A stretch of 64,000 bases of DNA from an uncultured delta proteobacterium (GTDB taxonomy: Bacteria; Desulfobacterota; Desulfobacteria; Desulfobacterales; Desulfosalsimonadaceae). Shown here piece after piece: positions 55,425 through 64,000 of this stretch. Under the pieces are notes generated by a model. The model searched no databases. It was not told where the DNA came from and worked only from the letters and a program-made list of their open reading frames with translations. Made by a program: the position numbers and the translations under genes. The stretch is from the NCBI GenBank assembly GCA_963826785.1, contig CAWGYD010000006.1, positions 256,001 to 320,000 of the forward strand. Reading direction: 5' to 3'. Each line of letters opens with the position of its first letter. The stretch's first letter is position 1.

Positions 55425-56476
55425 TTGTCGTCCACTCTTCTAATTGCAAGCCCCAGGGAGATGGCCGCCTGTGGTGCCATCTGTTTCAGAAAAGCCGCAT
55501 CCAGCTGATCATCTCCGATTTCAAATTTCTCGAAAGGATTGATCGATTTTACCTCAGCCGAGGACTGCAGCGCCAGCAGTTCACGAAATTCCTTGATGTT
55601 GGCGCCGCCGCCGCTCAACACAATCTGTTTGATTTCCTCTTCGGGATTGGTGGAATAGAAAAAATCAAGCGCCCGTCGGATTTCATCACACCAGTCGGAT
55701 ACAACCGAAGAGGTGATTTCCTTGAGTTCCTCGGGAGAGATTTTGTCGGGCTTTTCGCTGTACTTGATTTCCTCCGCTTCCGCCATCGAGCAGTTTGCAG
55801 AAGATGCGATCCGCTGGTTGATTTGATTGCAGCCCAGGGAAACATCACGCATGAATACAGATGTTTTGCCTTTCAGGATATTAACCGATGTTTTACTCGC
55901 CCCGATATCGATCAGGGCGATATTGCCGCCCATGGCTTCATAGTTGAGTTCATAAATATTCTGCAGGGCGAACGCATCGATATCGATGATGCACAGGTTC
56001 AGGTTGGCCATATCGATTAAGTTTATGTAATCGTTAACCATATCCTTTTTGGCGGCCACCAGCAGGACGTTCATCTGGTTCGGATTGCTCTCACTTTCGC
56101 CCAGTATTTGAAAATCAAGATTCACATCGTTAATGTCGAATGGAATGTACTGTTCGGCTTCGAAATTGATGGATTCAAAAAGCTGGTCTTCCGGCATGTT
56201 CTGTATGGAGATGTTTTTCACGATGACCGAATACCCGCCGATGGATATGGCCACATTGTTCTGCTTGAAATTATACATCTGAAACAGCTGCCGGATCGCA
56301 TTGGCCACGTTCTGAGGGTCTTTGACAACCCCTTCCTCGATCACGCCGGGATCGATGTCGATTGAACCGAACTTCTTCAAGGTCCAGCCTTTTTTGGATC
56401 CAACCGCTTCCGCCGCCTTGATTGTCCGGGATCCGATATCCAACCCGACCAGTTGATTTTTGGGCCCAAATACCAT
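55421..56476 (-). CDS. pilM: Type IV pilus assembly protein PilM
   Basis: VGLDIGSRTIK, EAEQYIPF, VLLVAAKK, DIGASKT, LSGGGA. Confidence 0.95.
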   Translation of the reverse strand: MVFGPKNQLVGLDIGSRTIKAAEAVGSKKGWTLKKFGSIDIDPGVIEEGVVKDPQNVANAIRQLFQMYNFKQNNVAISIGGYSVIVKNISIQNMPEDQLFESINFEAEQYIPFDINDVNLDFQILGESESNPNQMNVLLVAAKKDMVNDYINLIDMANLNLCIIDIDAFALQNIYELNYEAMGGNIALIDIGASKTSVNILKGKTSVFMRDVSLGCNQINQRIASSANCSMAEAEEIKYSEKPDKISPEELKEITSSVVSDWCDEIRRALDFFYSTNPEEEIKQIVLSGGGANIKEFRELLALQSSAEVKSINPFEKFEIGDDQLDAAFLKQMAPQAAISLGLAIRRVDDK

Positions 56477-57139
56477 AGTTTTTTCTCTATTCGTCCATGA
56501 AAGTTCGCATCTACGGACAACCTTGGAAAACAGAAGCGGATGCCCATTGACAGATCATATATCGTTGATACGCGTGTTGGTATGTGGCCGGATGAATATT
56601 CCGGTTAATGAACGGAAGGGAAAGAAAAGAAAAATGATCGGGATTGCGGGCTGTGCAGTAACGATTTTCTGAAGCTGTATCCTTCAAATCACATACCTTA
56701 CATTTAATCGGCTGCTTGGTTTCATATGCCAGTGTCCATCAATGCCCGCTTTAGGAAGCCGCCCGTCCTCATCATGCCAAACAAAACAGGGCGGGTAGTA
56801 CGTGTAGGACCGGTATAAGCTTAAATTGTTGTTATGTCAAGGAAATTATTGTAACAAATATTTCACTCCGCATTTATTCCCAATAAAAACCATTATATAT
56901 TTTTCCGTCCCCGCTACACGAAATATCAAACATTGCCGGGGCGTATTCTGGCCTGAATATGCAAGGTCGAGAATATCTTCAACTGATTTGCAGGGTCAAT
57001 ATAAATAATCCGTATGCTTTGAAAAAAATTTAAATATAATTCCACTATCGTTTGCTTCAGTATCATCTGGTGAAAAGCCCAATCTGATTCCGCAGCTCAG
57101 TTGGATAAAGAAATTCATACGACGGGATGCAGTTAAGTC

Positions 57140-57156
57140 TGCAAGTCCAATGCCAA
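57140..57156 (-). promoter_or_regulatory. Candidate sigma54 (-24/-12) promoter facing pilM
   Basis: Minus strand TTGGCATTGGACTTGCA, with GG-N10-GC spacing. Confidence 0.55.
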
Positions 57157-57467
57157 TTACGACTATTTATCTAAACAAACCGACACGGCCTCAAGGCATT
57201 TTAATCAAAAAGGCGTGCTGACTTCTTTTGGCGAACAATGTCTTGAATTCACATCCATATGATCGAGCAACTGAAAATTCATTTGTATGGCTTTGGCCGG
57301 AAATACCCGGACTTGCGCGCAAGGGTTTGGTTTTGCCGATTCTAAGGCGGGACGATGCGTGTACATTAATGCACCATAGTGATCAAATGTATACAATCAT
57401 AGTATTGGGCGATCGAACAGATATGTTGAGGGGAAAGAAAAAGCGAAAAGATTTGCAGGAAAGACAG

Positions 57468-59027
57468 CTAAAAGGCGAATGCGCCGTACACGGGTTCGAA
57501 CCGGCCGGCCCGGCACAGATCCATGAAAATATGGACGATTTCCGGATCAAACTGCGTTCCTTTTGCGGAATCGATGATCTTTAAAACTTCTCCGTGTGAC
57601 ATTTCTTTGCGGTATGCCCGATCCGAAACCATGGCATCATAGGCATCGGCAACCGAGAGAATCCTGGACAACAGGGGAATCGTGGACTCTTTTAACCCGT
57701 CGGGATAACCCGAGCCGTCATATCGCTCATGATGGTGACGGATAATTTTCTTTTCCCGGTCCCACATGCCCAGTTGACCGATAATGCTCTCGCCGATGAT
57801 GGGATGTTCCTTGATCTTCAGGTATTCCTCGCCTGACAGGCGGCCCGGTTTCAGCAGGATATCATCTCGAATTCCGATTTTTCCGATATCATGGAGACGG
57901 CCGGCGAAATTGAGAACATCCAGCTCCTCCTTGGAGCACCCCATTGCGCCGGCGATAATCATGGCGGTATCCGTTACCCGGTTGGAGTGTTCCTTGGTAT
58001 AAGCGTCCCTTGCCTCCACCGTGGTGACGAAAGCGGAAAGCGTCGAGAACAGATTGTCATAGATATTTTCGTACAGCGCGATGTTTTCGATCAGGAAAGC
58101 CGCCTGCTGGTTCATGAAGGAAAGATAATACAGGTCTTTTTCCGTCAGGGTCCGGCCTGCGGTATATGTCAGAACAATCTGCACGCCAAAGACCTTATCC
58201 CGGATTTTCAAGGGAATCCCCACCAGGGACCGAACCTCCGGCATCAGCGCCTGGCCGGCATTTTCCGAAATCAGCAGGGGCATTTCTTCTTTTGCAATGT
58301 CATGAATCAGACGATGCAGACCGTTTCGGTCTCCCCGGGCGATGAGCGCCGGTGCATTTTCCGGTTTATCATCATTTTTAAAGCGGGATATCAGCTCAAA
58401 AGGCAGTTCCACGGATTGACTGACGATGTAAAAAGAAGAAAAATCAGCCGGTGTGATGGAAATGGCCATATCGACAATGTGATTGAAAATCTCGGTGCCG
58501 GTTCGCACGGACATCAGTTCGGACATGATCTTGTTGAGCACCCGGAGTTCATCCACCTTGACCACCAGCTCACGGTTTAGCCGCTCCAATCTTTGCTTGC
58601 CCTCCAGCTCCTTGTTGAGGATGATGTTGCGGATGAACAGATCGCGTTCACGGAGCACCCGCTGAAGGCAAAGCGTCAGTTGGCTGAGGTTCACCGGCTT
58701 GATCAAATAATCGACGACGCCATTTTTTAAGGTGCGGATGGTGTTGTCCAGAGAAGGATATCCCGTCATGATCACCACGGGGATGGTGTTATCGGTTTTC
58801 CGGAGATATTCGGCCAACTCCAGGCCGTCCATCTCCGGCATATTGATATCCGTAAAACAGCAGTCAATAACGTTTTCAGGTTTTTCGATGATCTCGATGG
58901 CCTCTTTCCCGTTCCGGGCCGTCAGCACATCATATCCCATGTTCTGAAAGTGCTCGCTGGCCACTTCCAGAATGGATTCCTCATCATCGACAAACAGGAT
59001 TGATTTCTTCGATTCGCTGTCCATCAT
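57468..59027 (-). CDS. Response regulator: REC, GAF and HD-GYP phosphodiesterase domains
   Basis: FVDDE, TDINMP, KP; HSNRV, HDIGKIG, HHERYDGSGYP. Confidence 0.92.
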   Translation of the reverse strand: MMDSESKKSILFVDDEESILEVASEHFQNMGYDVLTARNGKEAIEIIEKPENVIDCCFTDINMPEMDGLELAEYLRKTDNTIPVVIMTGYPSLDNTIRTLKNGVVDYLIKPVNLSQLTLCLQRVLRERDLFIRNIILNKELEGKQRLERLNRELVVKVDELRVLNKIMSELMSVRTGTEIFNHIVDMAISITPADFSSFYIVSQSVELPFELISRFKNDDKPENAPALIARGDRNGLHRLIHDIAKEEMPLLISENAGQALMPEVRSLVGIPLKIRDKVFGVQIVLTYTAGRTLTEKDLYYLSFMNQQAAFLIENIALYENIYDNLFSTLSAFVTTVEARDAYTKEHSNRVTDTAMIIAGAMGCSKEELDVLNFAGRLHDIGKIGIRDDILLKPGRLSGEEYLKIKEHPIIGESIIGQLGMWDREKKIIRHHHERYDGSGYPDGLKESTIPLLSRILSVADAYDAMVSDRAYRKEMSHGEVLKIIDSAKGTQFDPEIVHIFMDLCRAGRFEPVYGAFAF

Positions 59028-59299
59028 GCATCCAAGTCACTTTGGGTCAAAAGAAGTCCTGCCGTGCTGCATCCATGTGGATCAACCACATAGAAAGAAA
59101 ACGTTACCATCGTTGACGCCAAGTCAACGCCCATGATTTCAAATTCCGACATATGGCCGTTTTTGTCAAGATTTATGCCGACTTGAACCGTCTTTACTTG
59201 AAAATCGAATAACCTCAGGTTATGGTGCAATCTTTCATATGAACAACCGGGCGGAAACACACATCAGGAATTTTCCGCCTTCAATAAGGAGACGTTCCC

Positions 59300-60568
59300 A
59301 TGCCCATGTCAAATGATTTCAGAAAGCGGCTGTTTCCGGTGCTGCCTGAGATCGCGGATCATTTTGGCACCCCCTTTCACCTCTATGATGAAAGGGGCAT
59401 CCTGCAAACCGGGGATGCGCTGAAAACTGCATTTGCTTCCATGGCCGGCTTTAAGGAGTATTTTGCCGTAAAAGCCCTGCCCAATCCGCAGATACTGCGG
59501 ATCATGAAAAAAATGGGATTCGGATTCGACTGCAGTTCCGGGCCGGAATTGACGTTGAGCCGCATGATCGGCGCTTCCGGTGAAGACCTGATGTTCACTT
59601 CCAACAATACCACCGAAGCAGAATTTTTGCAGGCATTTTCCAACGGCGGCAGCATCATCAATTTAGATGATGTCAATCTGATCCAAAAGCTTCCGGAAAT
59701 CCCGGACCTGATCTGCTTTCGATACAACCCGGGGCCGCGGCGGACCGGAAACGCCATCATCGGAAATCCGGTGGAAGCCAAGTACGGGGTGAGCCACGAT
59801 CAGATGCTGGATGCTTACCGGCTGATGCGGGAAAAGGGATCGACCCGGTTCGGCCTGCACACCATGCTGGTATCAAACGAACTCCACCACGAATATATGG
59901 TGGAAACCGCCGCCATGCTTCTGGACCTGGTGGAGTGGATATCGGACGAACTCGGCATTACCTTCGAATTTATCAACATTGGAGGCGGGCTGGGCATTCC
60001 CTACCGGCCGGAGGACCCGCCGCTGGATCTTGCAGCCCTGGGCGGGCAAATCGGCAAGCTGTTTGCGTCCTTTCAGGACCGGCACGGATACATGCCCAGG
60101 CTGTTCATGGAAAGCGGCCGGTATATGACCGGTCCGCACGGCATCCTGGTCACCCGGGCGATCAATGAAAAAAACGTTTACCGGAAATATATCGGGGTGG
60201 ATGCGTGCATGTCCGCCCTGATGCGGCCGGGCATGTACGGCGCTTATCATCACATCGAGGTGATCGGAAAAAATAACGATTCGCACTCCGAGGAAACCGT
60301 TGATGTGGTGGGTTCCCTGTGCGAAAACATCGATAAATTCGCGGTGCAGCGATCCTTGCCAATCATCGCGCCCGGCGACCTGCTGGTGATTCAGGACACC
60401 GGCGCCCATGGACACGCCATGGGATTCAACTACAACGCCAAGCTCAGACCCCAGGAACTGCTGCTGAAAAAAGACGGTTCGGTCGAACTGATCCGCAGGG
60501 AAGAAACCGAGGCCGATTATTTCGCCACCCTGCAGTTTCCCCAAAACAGATGGACACACAACAGCTGA
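59300..60568 (+). CDS. lysA: Diaminopimelate decarboxylase
   Basis: GTPFHLYDE, FAVKALPN, INIGGGLG, ESGRY, GSLCEN, GFNYN. Confidence 0.92.
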   Translation: MPMSNDFRKRLFPVLPEIADHFGTPFHLYDERGILQTGDALKTAFASMAGFKEYFAVKALPNPQILRIMKKMGFGFDCSSGPELTLSRMIGASGEDLMFTSNNTTEAEFLQAFSNGGSIINLDDVNLIQKLPEIPDLICFRYNPGPRRTGNAIIGNPVEAKYGVSHDQMLDAYRLMREKGSTRFGLHTMLVSNELHHEYMVETAAMLLDLVEWISDELGITFEFINIGGGLGIPYRPEDPPLDLAALGGQIGKLFASFQDRHGYMPRLFMESGRYMTGPHGILVTRAINEKNVYRKYIGVDACMSALMRPGMYGAYHHIEVIGKNNDSHSEETVDVVGSLCENIDKFAVQRSLPIIAPGDLLVIQDTGAHGHAMGFNYNAKLRPQELLLKKDGSVELIRREETEADYFATLQFPQNRWTHNS

Positions 60569-60642
60569 GGCGGCAGGAAGCCCCGCAACGCACACCCGGA
60601 GAATAAATCCGATAAAGTCTTTACGAATTAAATTTTTCCATC

Positions 60643-60678
60643 AATGAAAAGGGGCGGCCTGGGCCGCCCCTTTTCATT
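60643..60678. terminator. Bidirectional intrinsic terminator between convergent lysA and the pckA-like gene
   Basis: AATGAAAAGGGGCGGCC-TG-GGCCGCCCCTTTTCATT. Confidence 0.85.
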
Positions 60679-60701
60679 ATTTTAAATGCGCAACCAAAAA
60701 T

Positions 60702-62336
60702 TTACATGGAGAAGAAATCCTGCAGATCCATGGTATCATCGAGGGTGATGATCTTTGACATCATGGATCGCATTTCCTCGGGCACGATGTCCTCATACTG
60801 CTCAAAATTTTTCAAAAACTCGGCCACCAGCCGGGCGGCGCGGAACTCATATTCCCCCACATCCTCGGCCGATTCTCTGGGACTTAACGCACGGGGCGCC
60901 ACCGCATCTCCCGGACAGCATCTGGGGATTTCAAACTGAAATACCGGGTCGGTCTCAAATTCCACCCTGGCCAGTTCCCCGGAAATGGCCGCCCGGATCA
61001 GGGCCCGGGAGGTGGCGATGCTGATCCGTTTTCCGCGGTGGCTGGGCTCTCCGCTCCAGCCGGTGTTCACCAGCCAGCAGGTGATGTTGTGTTTGACTAT
61101 CTTTTCCAGCAGCAGCCGGCCATAGACGTAGGAGGGCTGCGCCAGCATGGTATCGCCAAAGGCGATGCTGAACAGGACATGGGGTACAAATTCGCCGGTT
61201 CCGGTCTGGGTGATGGTAGACGTGTACGCCGACATGAAGGCGTACACCGCCTGTTCCGGGGTCAGCCGGGCGATGGGCGGCAGCACGCCCATGGCGTCGC
61301 AGGTCATGAGGAACAGGTTTCGGGGATGGCCGAAAACTTCGCCCCGGTTGGCCCCGGGGATATGGGAAATCGGGTAGACCGCCCGGGTGTTTTGCGCCAG
61401 GCTGCTGTCATTTAAATCAATACGCCGGTTATTCTGGTTAATGGTGACGTTTTCCAGAATGGTGCCGAATTTCCGCGTGCACTCATAGATAAGCGGTTGG
61501 TCCTCTTTTGCCATATTCAGAAGTTTGGCATACCCGCCCCCCTCGAGATTAAAAATCCCTTCTTCGGTCCATCCGTGGGCATGATCGCCGATCAGTTTCC
61601 GTTGCTCATCCATGGCCAGCGTGGTCTTGCCCGTTTCTTCCCGGCCCAGGAAAATGGCCACATCCCCATCATGTCCCACGTTTGCCGAACATCTCATGCA
61701 AAACACCGATTCGGGCATCAGGTAATTGGCTATGGTAAACACGGCGTGCTTGATGTCCCCGCCGTAGCCGGCGCCGCCGATGAGGACCAGCTTCCGGCTT
61801 AAATTCACGATCATGAATTTCGAGGAATGGGTGCCGTCCGCCTCCGGAAGGGTGCGAAATCCCGGTATATGGATGATGGTGAACGCGGGTTCGAAGCCTT
61901 TTAATTTTTCGTCATCCTTGATCTGAACAAACATGTTCCGGGCAAAGAGGCTGTGCCATGCCGTTTCGGTGAGAATCCGGATGGGGATGCCGTAATCGGG
62001 CGCATTGCCCACCATGCAATCCTGCACGAAGGCTTCCTTGTCGTCCATATAGGACAGGAGCCGGTGGAACAGATTATCGAAATGCGCTTCGGACAGGGCG
62101 TTTTTTTCTTCGCTCCAGATAACCCTGGAATCACTCATATCGTCTTTGACGATAAATTTATCTTCCGGCGACATGGGAAACTGCTGGCCGGTGCGGATCA
62201 CGATGGGACCCAGATGGGCCATCTGGCCTTCCCGGTTGTTGACTATTTTCTCATAGAGCATCGGCGTGGGCAGATTCCGGTAAATCCGCCGCAGATGTTT
62301 TTGCCCGTAATATTCAAGATTGATGCGTTCGGTCAT
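60702..62336 (-). CDS. PEP carboxykinase (ATP) homologue with degenerate active site
   Basis: Full-length PckA-like sequence (TETAWHSLFARNMF, FGTILENV, CDAMGVLPPIARLT, WLVNTGW), but key residues are substituted. Confidence 0.85.
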   Translation of the reverse strand: MTERINLEYYGQKHLRRIYRNLPTPMLYEKIVNNREGQMAHLGPIVIRTGQQFPMSPEDKFIVKDDMSDSRVIWSEEKNALSEAHFDNLFHRLLSYMDDKEAFVQDCMVGNAPDYGIPIRILTETAWHSLFARNMFVQIKDDEKLKGFEPAFTIIHIPGFRTLPEADGTHSSKFMIVNLSRKLVLIGGAGYGGDIKHAVFTIANYLMPESVFCMRCSANVGHDGDVAIFLGREETGKTTLAMDEQRKLIGDHAHGWTEEGIFNLEGGGYAKLLNMAKEDQPLIYECTRKFGTILENVTINQNNRRIDLNDSSLAQNTRAVYPISHIPGANRGEVFGHPRNLFLMTCDAMGVLPPIARLTPEQAVYAFMSAYTSTITQTGTGEFVPHVLFSIAFGDTMLAQPSYVYGRLLLEKIVKHNITCWLVNTGWSGEPSHRGKRISIATSRALIRAAISGELARVEFETDPVFQFEIPRCCPGDAVAPRALSPRESAEDVGEYEFRAARLVAEFLKNFEQYEDIVPEEMRSMMSKIITLDDTMDLQDFFSM

Positions 62337-62368
62337 GGTATCTCCTTTCCCCTAAATTAATAACCTTC

Positions 62369-64000
62369 TCAAATGCTTCCCTGGGCGGACAGGGCGTAAA
62401 TGACCAGCTTTTGCATCATTTTTTCCTTGGCCGATTCGGGCTTATCCAACCCCAGCCGTTCCAGGTAGGGCCGGGCCGTTTCCGGAACCGTCCGGATGGT
62501 CATGGCCTTGCCCAGTCCCTTGACCTTGCTGAATCCTTCGGTCATCTGGGCCTTGAGCCATTTTAACGATTTTCCGATCACCAGTTCTTCATCGGTGAAA
62601 TCGGTGCCAAAGGGAAAGGGCGGAAAATATCCTTTTTTCTTATAGGGTGCCAGCTCATCCTCCAGCCGCTGGGGATAATTGTTTTTAAACCGGTCGGGGA
62701 TGGCAAAATCGGCCGGAACTTTCTTCGCATCCTTGACTTTTTGCAGCAGTTCATCCTGGAACCGTGAATCCGTGATCTGCAGCAGCTGCATGACCACTTC
62801 CTTGTCGGTCTTGCCCCGCAAATCCGCAATCCCGTATTCGGTGATGACAAAATCCCTCAAGTGGCGGGGGATGGTGGTGTGTCCATAATTGAACACGATA
62901 TTGGAGGCCACCTGCTTGCCGCTGGCCCGAACCCCTTTGCACATGAGGATGGAGCGCGCATCGGCCAGGGCATGTGCCTGGGATACAAAATTATACTGCC
63001 CGCCCACGCCGCTGACCACCTGTCCGTTTTCAAGGCCGTCGGACACCACGGCACCGAAAAGGGTAACCATCAGGCAGGCGTTGACGAATCTGCCGTGTCT
63101 TCTCTGCAGGATTTTCAACTCCTCGCTGCTGTATCGATTGTTCCCGTAAAGCTGATTGACATTTAAAACGCTGGTCATGAATATTTTCCGGCGCTGCTCC
63201 TCGGTCATGTCGTTGAGCATTTTATAAAACCCCTCGGGCCCGAGGAAAAACCCGCCGTGGATCAGAATATCGTTTTTCAGCACCGAACCCAGGCAGGTTT
63301 CGGCCACCTGTTTCAGGTTGGCGGCATCGGACAGGTCGGCACTGAGCTCGGCCGGCCCGTTTCGGATGACACCGTTTTCATAAGTGAGGCCGTCTTTGAA
63401 GATACCGAAATATTGCAAGAAATTAAAATCCTTCTCGGTCAACACCGGACAAACCGCCCCTTCTTCCAGCAGGCAGGAAAGGGTGTCGGGAGTGACGGTT
63501 TCGGTGATTTTTTTCTCATTGATCAGGCGCTGAATCGCCACATGATTGTAGGTCTTGCGTTTGACCACACCGCTGTTGATCAGGTGAAGGTAGCCGTCCA
63601 CCAGCATTTCCGTCGAACCGGTGATGCCTTCTTCAAACGTCCCGGTGCCGCCGATGCGATCGATCACACCGGCAAATTTCTTCGTAATCCCTGAATCTTC
63701 CAGAAACCTGCGGTATTCGGAATTATTCTGGTTTCTCCACTGCAGTCCATAGCACAGGGCATCCCCCAGGGAACCGATGCCGATCTGCAGCGTGCCGCCG
63801 TCCTTGATCAGGGTGCTGGCATGCAGCCCGATCATATAATCCGGTGTGGTGATGGACATTTTCGGGGCGCCGAACAGGCGGGTATAGTACTTGGGCGTAT
63901 CGATCACGGCATCGAATGTTTCGGGCGGGACCACCGCATCCCCGTACATGAACGGCAGGTTCTGATTCACCTGGGCGATGATGGCGATCTTGCGCCCCTC
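62369..64000 (-). CDS. Acetyl-CoA hydrolase/CoA-transferase family protein (5' end outside window)
   Basis: QVNQNLPFM, DGGTLQIGIG, EMLVDG, SGVGGQYNFV, VITEYGIADLRGK; frame open to the window edge. Confidence 0.88.
   Translation of the reverse strand, partial: EGRKIAIIAQVNQNLPFMYGDAVVPPETFDAVIDTPKYYTRLFGAPKMSITTPDYMIGLHASTLIKDGGTLQIGIGSLGDALCYGLQWRNQNNSEYRRFLEDSGITKKFAGVIDRIGGTGTFEEGITGSTEMLVDGYLHLINSGVVKRKTYNHVAIQRLINEKKITETVTPDTLSCLLEEGAVCPVLTEKDFNFLQYFGIFKDGLTYENGVIRNGPAELSADLSDAANLKQVAETCLGSVLKNDILIHGGFFLGPEGFYKMLNDMTEEQRRKIFMTSVLNVNQLYGNNRYSSEELKILQRRHGRFVNACLMVTLFGAVVSDGLENGQVVSGVGGQYNFVSQAHALADARSILMCKGVRASGKQVASNIVFNYGHTTIPRHLRDFVITEYGIADLRGKTDKEVVMQLLQITDSRFQDELLQKVKDAKKVPADFAIPDRFKNNYPQRLEDELAPYKKKGYFPPFPFGTDFTDEELVIGKSLKWLKAQMTEGFSKVKGLGKAMTIRTVPETARPYLERLGLDKPESAKEKMMQKLVIYALSAQGSI

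Noticed and set aside
57280..57360. c-di-GMP-I riboswitch upstream of the pil operon
   Set aside because: Only a GGCAAAACC-like seed on the minus strand; the GNRA loop, GACGCAAAGC and P2 elements were not found

Overview
A 64-kb GC-rich chromosomal window, most likely from a Desulfobacterota (Desulfobacterales-like) bacterium; the taxonomy is inferred from gene content only. In order it holds: (1) a clustered TCA-cycle locus (sucA-sucB-lpdA, gltA, fumC, acnA, sdhA-sdhB with no adjacent anchor genes, icd), with a ~200-bp hairpin and three ~425-bp tandem repeats between acnA and sdhB; (2) a FixX/FixC-like pair downstream of a MerB-like gene that the ORF track splits into pieces; (3) regulatory, transport and sugar genes (FemAB, cNMP-DUF4388, 4Fe-4S protein, TatT/TatP, GH13_18, 4HB-HAMP, trkH, GGDEF, PHP-like membrane protein); (4) a glycosylation cluster (GT2, GT4, YfhO, Wzx, TMTC-like TPR protein); (5) a 4-kb toxin-antitoxin hot spot with duplicated fragments and a recurring GTAT..TGTCCCCGGAATT junction motif; (6) pilMNOPQ followed by a ~2,000-aa frameshifted Ig-domain lipoprotein; (7) an HD-GYP regulator, lysA, a PckA homologue lacking its catalytic residues, and an acyl-CoA transferase. 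The strongest finding is the MerB-like gene (17204..16437). It reads as one 255-aa frame with two in-frame UGA codons at both MerB catalytic Cys positions, each followed by a SECIS-like hairpin, so it is a probable double selenoprotein. Many single-base frameshifts suggest imperfect long-read consensus in parts of the window. No rRNA, tRNA or CRISPR array was recognised.
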